Assembly (NCBI GenBank): GCA_963766075.1
Contig: CAVYAN010000021.1
Coordinates: forward strand, 1-64,000
Reading direction: 5' to 3'
Source: an uncultured cyanobacterium
GTDB taxonomy: Bacteria; Cyanobacteriota; Cyanobacteriia; Leptolyngbyales; Leptolyngbyaceae
Length of the DNA: 64,000 nt
In this document: positions 31,663 to 42,916 of the stretch, piece by piece
How positions within the stretch are numbered: the stretch's first letter is position 1
Layout of the letters: the number at the start of each line of letters is the position of its first letter
The notes under the pieces: generated by a model
Databases searched by the model: none
The model's input: only the letters and a program-made list of their open reading frames with translations
What the model was told of the DNA's origin: nothing
Translations under genes and position numbers: made by a program

Positions 31663-32949
31663 CTAAATCTGCACCATATCTGTGTACTCGGTCAAAAGTT
31701 CGTCATAAGTAAGACTGTCGGATTCTACCTGAGGCGTCCACAACAGCTCAAACACCAGCAAATGATCGGCAGGCATGGATGCCAGGACTTTGAGCACCTC
31801 TTTCAATTGCTCCGGGGTGCGGACCTCTGTAAACAGCGGTTGATCATGGGTAGAGCCTACGAGCAGCGTCACCACAATATACGAGGCTGGATCTTTATCC
31901 GGATCGACCTGATAATTCGTTGCCCGGTTGACCCGTCCGCCAACATTGGTCAGGGTTTCCACGGTGTACTTACTGCGTTCAGCGATCGCTACCTGATTAA
32001 ACAACCCTTCAGCGGCCTCCCGCGTTTTCAACGTTTCCGAACTCCCGAGGACATGGGACCAATTTTCGGGCAATCGCAACAGCGCCAAAGCCGTTTCCTG
32101 GAGCAATTGCAGCAACCCTTCAGCCGTGCTGGTGTCCACCTGCTCACTCAAGGTCGTCAGTTCTGCCTGAATAGTCCGTGCCTCTGCCAGCAAAGCCACC
32201 TGGACGCGGCTCACCGTCACGATGTCGTTCTCAATGGCATTGGCCCCCGTCGCGGTCTTTTTGCTGAACCGCTTGATCAGCCAAATCACTGCCCCCACGG
32301 GTAAAAGGGTTCCTACACCCAGCAACACTAATCCTAGAAATATATCCATGCCACTCGGCGGGGCCTCGGCGGGGGCAACTGGCGGAGGGCTTTCAGCAGT
32401 CCCAGGAATGCCTTGCGGAATTGTGCTCCCCTCTGGATTAACCCCGTTGGGATTGGACTGGGCTGGATAGGGATTATTAAAATTTGGGTTGCTCTGGCCA
32501 TAGCCATTGTACGAGCCATAACCGCCTCCCCCAGGCACCGGAATGGGAACCGGCACAATCACCGGTCCCCGATTGTAGTAACCGCCACCCGAGTTATAGT
32601 CTGGTGGGCGGCGTGGCTCTGCATAGGTGGGACTCTGGTTCGGGGAAATGCCGCCCGAAGATCCTCCAGAGGATCCCCCTGAGGATCCCCCTGAGGACTG
32701 GGAGGGGCCGCTAGACGACCGAGAGGGCGATCGAAAGGAACCGCCGCCACTCCGGCCACCACTGCGTCTGGCCCAGGCTGATTGCCCAATCGCCACCTCT
32801 AATCCAGACTCCGCCGAGGGCAGCGTTACCTCTGGAATGCTCAGGAGAAGAGCGATCGCAGCCACAGTCCAAAATCGACTGAACTGCAACCGTGCCCCAG
32901 GCCCGCCTATTTGTTCTGCCATTTGCCTATCCTTATCCACTGTTTCCAT
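31663..32949 (-). CDS. DUF1517 (FLAP1-like) membrane protein
   Basis: SGGRSGGGSF Gly/Ser-rich N-terminus, one TM, VQVALLAEA...ERSKYTVETLTNV...YIVVTLLV...LWTPQ. Confidence 0.88.
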   Translation of the reverse strand: METVDKDRQMAEQIGGPGARLQFSRFWTVAAIALLLSIPEVTLPSAESGLEVAIGQSAWARRSGGRSGGGSFRSPSRSSSGPSQSSGGSSGGSSGGSSGGISPNQSPTYAEPRRPPDYNSGGGYYNRGPVIVPVPIPVPGGGGYGSYNGYGQSNPNFNNPYPAQSNPNGVNPEGSTIPQGIPGTAESPPPVAPAEAPPSGMDIFLGLVLLGVGTLLPVGAVIWLIKRFSKKTATGANAIENDIVTVSRVQVALLAEARTIQAELTTLSEQVDTSTAEGLLQLLQETALALLRLPENWSHVLGSSETLKTREAAEGLFNQVAIAERSKYTVETLTNVGGRVNRATNYQVDPDKDPASYIVVTLLVGSTHDQPLFTEVRTPEQLKEVLKVLASMPADHLLVFELLWTPQVESDSLTYDELLTEYTDMVQI

Positions 32950-33047
32950 AGGCCCATTCTAAGCAATCCGTAAATTCCTTGAGGTCAGTCTATCGCTACA
33001 GTGCGCTACAGGGAGTGGCATTGTTATACCTCTTTAGGTGCGATCGC

Positions 33048-35324
33048 CTACAATCCGTCCTGATAAATCTGCCACATTTGTTGATAGGCATGCTCTACAT
33101 CCCGCGTAAAGGCTGCCGCATTCCACAGAGGAGCCGTTTGGCGCGATCGCTGCAGCCGCCATGCCACATCTTCCCGCAAAGCGCTATCTTTGCCGAGACG
33201 CACGCCCCACTCGACATACTCCGCATCGGTCCAGGCAATCCCTTCCTCAATCCCCACATTTTTCAGCATGGTATAGCTGTTGCGGCTGGCAAACTGCTGC
33301 CCCACCCGTGTAACTAACGGAATGCCCATCCACAGGGTTTCCATTGTCGTGGTGGCGCCATTGTAGGGAAAAGTATCCAACACCACGTCAGCAATGCCCA
33401 AGTTGGCACGGTGGACAGCTTCAGAGTCTACAATCGGCAAAAATCGCAGGCGATCGGCATCGACGCCCACTTCCTCAGCAATTTCAATGAAGACGTTCTG
33501 AATGGCTGCTTGATCGCCCAGCCCTTTAATCAGGAAATAGCTATTGGGCACGTGCTGAATAATCTGCATTTGCAAGCGAATGGTATCGGGATGCCGCTTG
33601 TAGCCCGTTTGGGCACTCAGATAAACCACCGCATCGTTGGGAATATTCAGGCGATCGCGGCGCAGCGTGGGCACTCCCACTTCAAATCCATCCACGGCCA
33701 GATAGGTATGGGGCAGCCGCCACAGTTTTTCAACATAGTGCTCCTGGGCGTGATCGGGCAGGACATAGGGATCCGCCAGGAAGTAGTCAATGGCGTCTAG
33801 GCCAGAGGCATCCCAGCCCAGCCAGGTGATTTGAATCGGAGCGGGTTTCACAGTCAGCAGCTCGCACCCAATGTCGATGGTGATGCTGTCTAGATCGACC
33901 AAAATATCGATTTCGTCCTCGCAAATTTGGTCGGCGAGTGCCATAGCGTTAACAGGACCGGTGACACCCAAACAGGCCGATTTATCCATTTGTTCTCGAT
34001 ACCAATTGAACATGGCATCGTTCTGCCGATCGCCATAGAAATACCCGTGGAGTTGAAATTGGCTGCGATCGTGGTGCTGCACCAACCATCGCGCTAGCCA
34101 ACCCACAGAATGCTTGGCCATGCAGTGCGAAAGATAGCCAATCTTCAGCACTTTTTTGCCTCTAGCCGCTTTGTCTCTAGCTGCTTTTTCTCTGGCCGTG
34201 TGGTTCCGGGCGGCGATCGCGTGCTGATAGCGGTCAATCGTAGCCGCCGCATAGGTCCGAATATTGTTCTGACAAACCTGGGCCAGTTGATTTTGGACTT
34301 GGCGATTCCCCGCTAGATCATCAGCAAAATACGGCTGAAAGCTTCCTGTACTAAAGAGGCGAACCGTATGCACACTGTGCAAATCCTGGGGTTGTTCTTG
34401 GAAGAGTTGGGCTAGAAGTTGCTTATGGGTTTTCATGGTCGCGAGGGATTCTTGCCAATAGCCCCCGGCAGACATTAATCCCCGTAGCAAAATATGGCTA
34501 GAAAAGACCTGTTCCGCCAAATTGGGAGACAGCGCCAACCGTCGCCGTGCCACTTCTATGCCGCGATCGTACTCTCGGTTGCTTTGGTAAAACGTGGATA
34601 AGTGCCCCAACATCTCCACATGATCGGGATCGCGCTGCAAATAGACCTCGACCAAATCCGCCGATAGCTTTGGCACCCGCCGCGTATGGGCAAACCGCAT
34701 CACCGCAGGCAGCAACACACGCCCAAAATCCACCAAATTAGGAATGTGGGGTAAGGTCGCTGCCGCAAATTCCACAATAATGGGATCAGGGTCTACCTGT
34801 AGGACTGCGCCCAAACTTTGCAGCAATGCTTCTGGATTTAAATGGCCTACGGCACAGGCCCGGAGCGCAGGCACAACCCCCAGTTCGACCACCTCTTCCG
34901 CACTCAACTGTCCCATTTGCTGAGATAAACCCACTAAGGACAACAAATTTTCCAATTGCAGTGGGGCAATTTCGCGAATGTGGCGACGGATGCCCCAGGC
35001 CAGTGGATAATCCTCAAGTCGAGTTTGGCGATCGGCTTCGGTTTGGAGCACCTGGAGTAACTCTTCGGTCCATTGGTCAATTTCGTCGGGTTCCCCTTCT
35101 GCCATGGCCATCAGCCAAGTGGTTTGGGCTTCTTCTTCCTGTCCCTGGAGCAATAGGACTAATCCCAAATGCCAGTAGTAGGAGCGGACTTCCGGCTCTA
35201 GGCCAATGGCCTGCTCATACAAATTTGCCGCTAAGCCATAGTTCTTCTGGAGGAGGGCTTCCTGGGCTTGCAAATGGTACGGGCTAGTGGAAAGGAAAGC
35301 AGAGGGCAGATGCATGGAAATCAC
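33048..35324 (-). CDS. TPR O-GlcNAc transferase (SPINDLY/GT41 family)
   Basis: LKIGYLS, HSVGWL, DEIDILVDLDS, KPAPIQITWLG, DTFPYNGATTTMETLWMGIP and GQQFASRNS. Confidence 0.93.
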   Translation of the reverse strand: MISMHLPSAFLSTSPYHLQAQEALLQKNYGLAANLYEQAIGLEPEVRSYYWHLGLVLLLQGQEEEAQTTWLMAMAEGEPDEIDQWTEELLQVLQTEADRQTRLEDYPLAWGIRRHIREIAPLQLENLLSLVGLSQQMGQLSAEEVVELGVVPALRACAVGHLNPEALLQSLGAVLQVDPDPIIVEFAAATLPHIPNLVDFGRVLLPAVMRFAHTRRVPKLSADLVEVYLQRDPDHVEMLGHLSTFYQSNREYDRGIEVARRRLALSPNLAEQVFSSHILLRGLMSAGGYWQESLATMKTHKQLLAQLFQEQPQDLHSVHTVRLFSTGSFQPYFADDLAGNRQVQNQLAQVCQNNIRTYAAATIDRYQHAIAARNHTAREKAARDKAARGKKVLKIGYLSHCMAKHSVGWLARWLVQHHDRSQFQLHGYFYGDRQNDAMFNWYREQMDKSACLGVTGPVNAMALADQICEDEIDILVDLDSITIDIGCELLTVKPAPIQITWLGWDASGLDAIDYFLADPYVLPDHAQEHYVEKLWRLPHTYLAVDGFEVGVPTLRRDRLNIPNDAVVYLSAQTGYKRHPDTIRLQMQIIQHVPNSYFLIKGLGDQAAIQNVFIEIAEEVGVDADRLRFLPIVDSEAVHRANLGIADVVLDTFPYNGATTTMETLWMGIPLVTRVGQQFASRNSYTMLKNVGIEEGIAWTDAEYVEWGVRLGKDSALREDVAWRLQRSRQTAPLWNAAAFTRDVEHAYQQMWQIYQDGL

Positions 35325-35396
35325 ACGAATAGGGGTGCGGAAAATTGGGGCAGTGGCGACTGAGATAAACCGCTTGCTAAAGCCGATGGTCCGCGT

Positions 35397-37680
35397 TTAG
35401 GGTTCACTGTTTTGCTGATAAATGCGCCACATCTCCTGATAAGCCTGCTCCACTTCGCGGGTAAAGGCGGCGGCGTTCCAGAGCGGGGCAGTTTGGCGCG
35501 ATCGCTGCAATTGATTGGCTACCTGCCGCCGCAGCGTTGCGTCTGTGCCCAAACGCACCCCCCATTCCACGTACTCAGCATCCGTCCAGGCAATGCCTTC
35601 CTCAATCCCGGCATTTTTCAGCATGGTGTAGCTGTTGCGGCTGGCAAATTGTTGGCCCACCCGCGTTACCAGAGGCACACCCATCCAGAGGGTTTCCAGG
35701 GTCGTAGTCGCCCCGTTATAGGGAAAAGTATCCAACACAACGTCGGCGATGCTCAAGTTAGCCCGATGGATCTCTTCCGCCCTGACGCTGGGCAAAAATC
35801 GGAGGCGATCAGGACTCACTCCCATTTCTGCCGCCAAGGCCACAAAAAAGGATTGCAGCGATGCCGAATTGCCGGGACTTTTCACGAGAAAATAGCTATT
35901 GGGAACTTCTCGGATAATTTGGAGTTGGAGCCGAATCGCTTCAGGATGGCGCTTGTAAGGGGCTTGAGCACTCAAAAAGATGACCGCGTCGTCGGGAATC
36001 TGTAGATTCTCCCGCCGCACATTGGGCACTCCAACCTCAAAGCCATCCACGGCAACGTAGGTATGGGGCAACCGCCAAATTTTTTCGGTGTAGTGGGCCT
36101 GGGCTGTGTCCGGCAGCACGTAGGGATCCGCCAGAAAATAGTCGATGGTATCCAGTCCGCTGGCATCCCAACCCAGCCAAGTCACTTGAATCGGAGCGGG
36201 TTTCAGCGTCAATAAATCGCAGGTGTTATGCGAAGTAATGCTGTCTAAGTCCACCAAAATATCAATTTCGTCCTGATAGATTTGTTCGGCCAGGGCCAGG
36301 GTGCCGGCCTCACAGTCCGTGCCCACGCGGCAGACCTTGTCTACATGGTTGAGATACCAGTCATACAAGCCATCGTTGGCGAAGTCCTTCAAAAAGTAAC
36401 CGTGCATCTGAAACTGATCGCGATCGTGGTGCTGCAATAGCCATCGGGCCAGCCAACCGACGGAATGCCGACCCAGGCAGTGCGACAGGTAGCCAATTTT
36501 CAGCCGTTTAGCCGTGGGCACAGAGAGAGAAGCAAGGGCCGAGTGACGGGCGGCAATGCCTTGGCGGAAGGGGGCAATTTCCTGGGCCCCAAAGCGCCTA
36601 ACATTCATTTGACAAATCTGTGCCAGTTGATTTTGCAGCGATCGATGGGTTGGCAAGTCATCTTGGAAATAGGGTAAGAAAAAACCCGTATTGAGTAGCG
36701 TTAGGGTATTGTCAGGGCTAATATCCTGGGGTTGCTCCTGAAACAATTGGAAAAATAGCGCTTTATGATGCGCCAAGGCCGTTTCGGCCTCAGGCCATAA
36801 TCCTCCCGCTTCCATCAAACTCCGCAGGAGTAGATAATTAGCAATAATTTTGCCCACGAGAGTGGGTGCAAGTTCCAAAAGTTCGCGGGCTGCCGCAATG
36901 CTGCGCTCATAGTTGCCGGACTGCTGATAGAGGGCCGCTAGGTGCGGCAGGATATCGACCCGATTGGCGGCGAGATCCACATAGTGCTCTAGCAAACTGG
37001 CTGCAAGTTGTGGCTGTTTCTGGGCAGAGGCCAATTTTGAGGCCCCGCTGATCAATACCAAATCACAGGCCACAGGGTCGGCAATATGAGGCAATATGGC
37101 CAGGGTAAACTCCACCATGATGGGATGGGCAGGCATGGCCAGTGCGCTTTCTATCACCTGAAGCAAGAAGCTGGCATCTATCGTCGTGGGTGGGCCCGTC
37201 TGCAATATTGGCACGATGCCCAAGTCGGTGATTTCATCCCCATTTAAGGTGCCTTGCTGAGCCGATAACCCAGAGAATACGCAGCAAATTATCCCCAGAT
37301 TCAGGGGCGATTTCCCGCATATGCTGCCGGATACTCCAGGCTAGTCCATAGTTTTGGAGTTGGATTTGTTGTTCGGCGGCAGTTTCTAAAACTTGGAGCA
37401 ACTCTGCCGTCCACTGGGCAATTTGATCCGGCTCACCATCCACCATGGCCATGAGCCATGTGGTCTGGGCTTCGGCTTCCTGAGCCTGAAACAGCAGCAT
37501 CAGTCCTAAATGCCAATAGCTGGAGCGGTTTTCGGGGTGGTGTTGGATGGCTTGTTCGTACAGGCTGATGGCCAAACCATAGTTGTTTTCAACCTGGGCT
37601 TGCTGGGCTTGGCGATGGTAGATATCGACCCGGGGATAAAAGCTGCCTGGGGCTTCTGAAGGTTCAGCGCTCATAATCAC
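35397..37680 (-). CDS. Second TPR O-GlcNAc transferase (GT41), frameshift near 37235
   Basis: ORFs 37234..37680 (TPR N-terminus, YWHLGLMLLFQ) and 35397..37223 together are collinear with the neighbouring paralogue. Confidence 0.9.
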
Positions 37681-37815
37681 TGGAAAGTCATAATCACTAA
37701 AAAACCATGATCACTGGAAATCTAGTGCTGGCTAGAACATCTGCGTTGTATTGACTCTGTCTTCATGTGCGAAGTCGCTCTCGGAAAACGGGACCCCTCT
37801 GATACCGTTATACGA

Positions 37816-37847
37816 ACAAAGTGGGCACAGAACTGTGCCCACTTTGT
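37816..37847 (-). terminator. Hairpin (probable intrinsic terminator) after the pilin gene
   Basis: Perfect 15-bp IR ACAAAGTGGGCACAG-AA-CTGTGCCCACTTTGT. Confidence 0.7.
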
Positions 37848-37896
37848 AAAAACCAAGTCTCAGATCATTAGGGGGGCGACAAACCCCAAGAAATAA

Positions 37897-38463
37897 CTAC
37901 TTGCCGAGAGCGGTGTAGTTAGCACCACAGCCAGGAGCAGCATTGGTGGTGAAGGTCATGGCGGCAGCAGCATTGGCTTGACCCACTGCGATCGCCTTGT
38001 CCGATTCGCACAGGGTGGCCAAGGTGGTTGCCTCGCTCGTTGCTGCAATCGTCGCGACGCCCACACCACCGCTATAAATTTTCAGGGGCGCAGATGGTTT
38101 GACTGCGGTCGAGAAGTTAATCACAGCGGGTGCGGTAGCACTACCGGCAGTGTTTACATCGTAGGTGTAGTTGGCGGTTTGAGTGGCAACACCCAGACCG
38201 AGGTTGCCATAGTTGGTGGCAGCCGTCACGAATGTATCTTTTTCCATATAGTAGGCTTGTTGAGCGCGGTTAGCGGAACCGACGTAGGTCCGTGCTTCCG
38301 ACTGCTTGGCTTTGTTAGCTTGGTTGAGGAAAGAAGGCAGGGCAATAGCAGCCAGAATCCCGATGATGATGATCACAACCAACAATTCAATTAGGGTAAA
38401 GCCCTTTTCTTCCTTGTTTTGCAGGAAGTGTTGCAGCAGCTTAGCCTTAAATTCAGATTTCAT
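37897..38463 (-). CDS. pilA: Type IV major pilin (pilin-like G/H family)
   Basis: Prepilin site G|FTLIELLVVIIIIGILAAIALPSFLNQANKAKQSEA and a C-terminal Cys pair. Confidence 0.92.
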   Translation of the reverse strand: MKSEFKAKLLQHFLQNKEEKGFTLIELLVVIIIIGILAAIALPSFLNQANKAKQSEARTYVGSANRAQQAYYMEKDTFVTAATNYGNLGLGVATQTANYTYDVNTAGSATAPAVINFSTAVKPSAPLKIYSGGVGVATIAATSEATTLATLCESDKAIAVGQANAAAAMTFTTNAAPGCGANYTALGK

Positions 38464-38518
38464 GACCGATGGTCTCCTTAAGTGGTGTAGGGTATTGGTT
38501 TCTAACTCCTGAATGTAA

Positions 38519-38525
38519 GTTACCC
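38519..38525 (-). promoter_or_regulatory. Possible SigF-type -10 element (GGGTAAC) for the pilin gene
   Basis: GGGTAAC lies about 55 bp upstream of the pilin ATG. Cyanobacterial pilA promoters are SigF-dependent with GGGTAA. Confidence 0.5.
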
Positions 38526-38584
38526 AGATATTTGGGTTAACCGATCATCTCCACCGAAAAAACTAGCCCATTGGGGAAAGTTGG

Positions 38585-39916
38585 CTATGGCGCTACTTCT
38601 AACAGCACAAATCCTTTTTCCTCAAGCTGGGTGCAAAGCTGTTTTACCCGTGCCCAAGCTTCCGTTGCGGTGGTAGGTGTCATGCTGACGGGATGGATAG
38701 GGCGGAGTTGCTGCCAACGTTGGGCGATCGCTTGGATGGGCTGTGGTCCTTCTAACAGGGGTAATAGGCAGCAGGCCATGACGCTATCCAGGCCGGGATC
38801 CTGCTCATGGAGCAGTAAGTGCTGATTAATTTGGAACGTGCGCAGCTCGTCTGCACACTGACTCAGGTCTGCCTTAAACTCTGGAGTTTTGAGCAAGGGA
38901 TGAAGATGCACCTGCGCTACCTCCCACTGGGTGTCAGTCCATTCGGCAACGGGGGTAAAAGGCCGGGTTTGATGGGGATGGCCACACCAAATGTCCAGTA
39001 GCCGATGGATGGGATGCAGCAGTTCAAAAATGTGCAACTGTTCCTCAATCGATTTGTCGGCAAGGCTCAGGGCAATTTCAATCGGCAGTTCGTTAACATC
39101 CTTGAATAGCTCCAGCAAGTTCCATTGTCGCCAATTCACCATGCTGATAAAGTCTAGATCGGCAAGCCGCAGCGCCGCGAAAAATTCGGGAATGGTGCTG
39201 CCTTTGTCGCCTCGGAGGAGATGATTGGCTAACAAGCTTTCATCATTGGTCATATATTTATCCTGCCAAGCAAACTGCTTGAGCCGCACCCCGTCATGCA
39301 GGTTGCTCATCACATCCCGAACGGCTTGCAACTCGGCATCGTTGGGGGAGCTATCCATTAAGCCCATCAGGGTGAAGAGTTCTTGGGCTTTGTAGTAAGG
39401 GGCGCGCTGTAGGGAACTGTGCAGGTTGGCCCGGATGATGCCGGTGGGTTTGAGGACAGCTTTCATGGCTTGCAGACCCGCGACTGGATCGGGCAGCAGG
39501 TAGAGCACCTCATCGCAGTTGATATAGTCAAATTCCATGCCGAGGCTGGGTAGTGCTTCCACGGTCATCGCATGAAATTCGGCCTTCTCAATATTGTGGT
39601 AGTTGAGCCGTTCGCGGGCCAGCTTGACGGATTCTTCTGAAATATCAATGCCGACAATGTGGGCACCGGGATTGGCTTCGGCCAGGGCAAAAGATTTGTA
39701 GCCGGTTCCACACCCCGCATCCAGGATCATGGCCCCTTCGGTTTGGGCGACGGTTTGGTCGCGCTGATACTGCGCTGTTACGAAGGAATGAAAGTAAAGA
39801 TAGTTGCGGTCTTGTTTGGGCGATCGCTCTAAGGGGATACGCGGATAGGGTACGGTATCAAAATGCTTCCGCAGCTTTTCTAATTTTTCAAAAACATCGG
39901 CGGTTTGGCGACTCAT
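38585..39916 (-). CDS. Class I SAM-dependent methyltransferase
   Basis: ILDAGCGTG, VGIDIS and FDYINCDEVLYLL. Likely start MSRQ at 39916. Confidence 0.9.
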   Translation of the reverse strand: MSRQTADVFEKLEKLRKHFDTVPYPRIPLERSPKQDRNYLYFHSFVTAQYQRDQTVAQTEGAMILDAGCGTGYKSFALAEANPGAHIVGIDISEESVKLARERLNYHNIEKAEFHAMTVEALPSLGMEFDYINCDEVLYLLPDPVAGLQAMKAVLKPTGIIRANLHSSLQRAPYYKAQELFTLMGLMDSSPNDAELQAVRDVMSNLHDGVRLKQFAWQDKYMTNDESLLANHLLRGDKGSTIPEFFAALRLADLDFISMVNWRQWNLLELFKDVNELPIEIALSLADKSIEEQLHIFELLHPIHRLLDIWCGHPHQTRPFTPVAEWTDTQWEVAQVHLHPLLKTPEFKADLSQCADELRTFQINQHLLLHEQDPGLDSVMACCLLPLLEGPQPIQAIAQRWQQLRPIHPVSMTPTTATEAWARVKQLCTQLEEKGFVLLEVAP

Positions 39917-40186
39917 GGCGAGATTTCCCTTAGAGGACGGCGTAGATTTTATCGTTTTGGTAAAGCTGTGACTGGGCTTCCGTGGTTGTACTTCAGTATT
40001 CCCACTTGCCAGTATGCCCACGCGCATTCTAAACCAATCGCTTTTGCTCGGTTTATTTCTAGAGCCTCGAAATTCTCTAGTTCCGAAGGTTTTCAAGAAA
40101 CCGTGTCAAGCGCACGTGCTACCTAATTTGAGAACGAACCAATGGACTAAGATAAATACAGATTTGGCAATCGGGAGGCACACCCC

Positions 40187-41029
40187 ATGAATTTGACTGC
40201 CCGACACCTCAGTCCATTAGAATTCGATGCCCAGATGCCCGATGGCGATCAGCTTCTCAGTCACGAACCAGAAATGGAAAGTTCTCTGCATTATATGCAA
40301 CTGCTTCTCCTGGTGAGTTGCCTAGAATGGCTTTGGCGCGATCGCACCGATTTCTTTATTGGCGCAAACCTCACAATTTACTTTAGCCGTCAACAACTCC
40401 GCCGCGAGGAGTTCCGAGGCCCGGACTTTTTTCTGGTCAAAGGTGTTGAGAAGCATCCCCGCAACTCCTGGGTCGTCTGGGAAGAAGAGGGGCGTTACCC
40501 CAGTCTGATTATTGAGTTGCTGTCGAGTTCCACCGCCCAGGTAGACCGCACCCTCAAGAAAGACCTGTATCAAGACCGATTTCACACGACCGAATATTTT
40601 TGGTTTGCACCGGACAGTTTAGAGTTCGCTGGATTTCGGCTGGGTGCTCATGGGTATGAAGGGATTTTGCCCAATACTCAGGGTTGGCGATGGAGTGAGG
40701 AATTGGGGATGTATTTGGGCATCCAGGATCGCCGGTTGCGTTACTTTAGCCCTACCGGGGAAATGGTTCCCACTCCAGAGGAAGCCGCACAGCAGCAGCA
40801 GCGACAAGCGGAACAGGCAATGCAACAGGCCGAACAGGCGACTCAGCAAGCCGAACAGGCGACCCAGCAGGCTGAACGGGCAATGCAGCAGGCCGAACAG
40901 GCTGAACAAGCCGCTCAACAGGCCGAACAGCAGGTTGCTCTGGCTGAACAGCAGGCCTCTCTGGCAACTCAACGGGCCGAACGATTGGCCGCTCAACTGC
41001 GATCGCTGGGGATTGAGCCTAACCTCTAA
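40187..41029 (+). CDS. Uma2-family endonuclease with C-terminal QQAEQA heptad repeats
   Basis: EPEMESSLH, FRGPDFF, IIELLSSST, EYFWF and RAERLAAQLRSLGIEP. Confidence 0.93.
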   Translation: MNLTARHLSPLEFDAQMPDGDQLLSHEPEMESSLHYMQLLLLVSCLEWLWRDRTDFFIGANLTIYFSRQQLRREEFRGPDFFLVKGVEKHPRNSWVVWEEEGRYPSLIIELLSSSTAQVDRTLKKDLYQDRFHTTEYFWFAPDSLEFAGFRLGAHGYEGILPNTQGWRWSEELGMYLGIQDRRLRYFSPTGEMVPTPEEAAQQQQRQAEQAMQQAEQATQQAEQATQQAERAMQQAEQAEQAAQQAEQQVALAEQQASLATQRAERLAAQLRSLGIEPNL

Positions 41030-41116
41030 TGGCACTGCTCGCGATCCCCCAGTCGGGTTGCAACCTGCCTGGATTGCGTTATACTATGCGTAGTCGTTAT
41101 GAGTTTGGATATACCT

Positions 41117-42520
41117 ATGGCCACAGCAACTATTGAAAACCTGGTGATTATTGGTTCAGGTCCGGCGGGCTACACAGCGGCAATTTATGCCGCCCGCGCC
41201 AACTTAAAGCCGTTTATGTTTGAAGGGTTTCAAGCGGGGGGCTTACCCGGTGGCCAGCTCATGACCACAACAGAGGTGGAAAACTTCCCGGGCTTTCCTG
41301 AAGGGATTACGGGGCCGGAGTTGATGGATCGGATGAAGGCCCAGGCCGAGCGCTGGGGGGCTGAGCTGGTGACAGAGGATGTGGAATTTGTAGATTTGAG
41401 CCAGCGTCCGTTTGTGGTGCGATCGCGCGATCGTGAGGTACTAGCCCACAGCATCATCATTGCCACTGGAGCCACAGCAAAGCGCCTGAACCTCCCAGGG
41501 GAGAAGGACTACTGGAATCGGGGCATTTCTGCCTGTGCCATTTGTGACGGTGCTACACCGTTGTTCCGCAATCAGGACTTGGTGGTGATTGGGGGCGGTG
41601 ATACGGCGGCAGAGGAATCCATTTATCTAACCAAGTACGGCAGCCATGTCCATATGATGGTGCGGACCGACAAAATGCGTGCCAGTAAGGCCATGCAGGA
41701 CCGGGTGCTCAACAATCCCAAGATTACGGTGCATTGGCATACGGATGTACTTGATGTCTTTGGGGAACCGGGTGGCACAATGACCGGCGTCAAGCTGCGG
41801 AATCGCCAAACGGGCGCAGAATCTGAGTTGGCGGCGAAAGGGTTGTTCTATGCCATTGGGCACACGCCCAACACGGCCTTATTTCAGGGGCAGTTAGATT
41901 TGGATGATGTGGGCTATGTCGTGACGCGACATGGCAGTGTGGAAACCACGGTGGATGGGGTCTTTGCGGCGGGCGATGTACAGGATCACGAATATCGGCA
42001 GGCGATTACCGCAGCGGGAACTGGCTGTGCCGCCGCGCTGCTGGCGGAGCGCTGGCTATCAGCTCAGGGGCTGATTCAGGAGTATCACGCTACGGCTGCT
42101 GTCGAGGAAACTGCTGCCGAGGCTACCGCCGAGACCACTGCCGAGACTACATCAACATCGAAAACGACGGTCCCGGCAACGGTGGATGACGTGGATGTCG
42201 CCCTTACCCGACATTTGGGTGGATTGGCGTTGCGGAAGCTGTACCATGCCAGCGATCGCTTAATTGTCGTCAAATACGTGTCGCCCAATTGCGGTCCGTG
42301 CCACACGCTGAAACCGATCTTGAACAAAGTGGTAGATGAATACGACGGTCGGATCCACTTTATCGAAATTGATATTGATGCGGATCCAGAAATTGCCCAA
42401 TCTGCCGAAATTGTTGGCACGCCAACGGTGCAGTTCTTCAAAAACAAAAATAAGGTGGCGGAAATGCAGGGCGTGAAGCAGAAGAGCCAATACCGGGAAT
42501 TAATCGAGAGCCATCTTTAG
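41117..42520 (+). CDS. trxB: NADPH-thioredoxin reductase C (NTR fused to thioredoxin, NTRC)
   Basis: [16 protein letters not shown] and GGGDTA, plus a C-terminal thioredoxin with CGPC. Confidence 0.95.
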   Translation: MATATIENLVIIGSGPAGYTAAIYAARANLKPFMFEGFQAGGLPGGQLMTTTEVENFPGFPEGITGPELMDRMKAQAERWGAELVTEDVEFVDLSQRPFVVRSRDREVLAHSIIIATGATAKRLNLPGEKDYWNRGISACAICDGATPLFRNQDLVVIGGGDTAAEESIYLTKYGSHVHMMVRTDKMRASKAMQDRVLNNPKITVHWHTDVLDVFGEPGGTMTGVKLRNRQTGAESELAAKGLFYAIGHTPNTALFQGQLDLDDVGYVVTRHGSVETTVDGVFAAGDVQDHEYRQAITAAGTGCAAALLAERWLSAQGLIQEYHATAAVEETAAEATAETTAETTSTSKTTVPATVDDVDVALTRHLGGLALRKLYHASDRLIVVKYVSPNCGPCHTLKPILNKVVDEYDGRIHFIEIDIDADPEIAQSAEIVGTPTVQFFKNKNKVAEMQGVKQKSQYRELIESHL

Positions 42521-42546
42521 GCAGGGGCCGTAGGAGTACACCGGGT

Positions 42547-42825
42547 TCAGAATTGGGGATGCAGTCGGGGATGTAGGAGTGTCCGCACCGGTTGCCCTTT
42601 CTGGAAATGCTGATGGGCGATCGCGCTAACATCTTCAACGTTGACCCGGCAGTACCAGACTTCATCCGGTAGCACCCGCACCGTAGGACCGAGGTTGCAT
42701 TGCCCTTGGCAGGCGCTGGCGACAATCTCTACTTCTGGAATCGGATTTGCTAAAAATTCAGCCAATACCTGGGCAGAGCCGTGGGCTTGGCAATTGGTGT
42801 ACTGACAGACGAGCACTTGTTTCAT
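42547..42825 (-). CDS. Thioredoxin-like (2Fe-2S) ferredoxin
   Basis: VLVCQYTNC...CQGQCNLGPTV...WY. Confidence 0.88.
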   Translation of the reverse strand: MKQVLVCQYTNCQAHGSAQVLAEFLANPIPEVEIVASACQGQCNLGPTVRVLPDEVWYCRVNVEDVSAIAHQHFQKGQPVRTLLHPRLHPQF

Positions 42826-42916
42826 CTGTCAGTCCTCGTTTGCCCTGAGTTCACAGTTGAGGCGGAGGGTGATCCGCCCTGCTAATGCCTCCCGACCGGG
42901 AGGCACTAGGTAAGAG

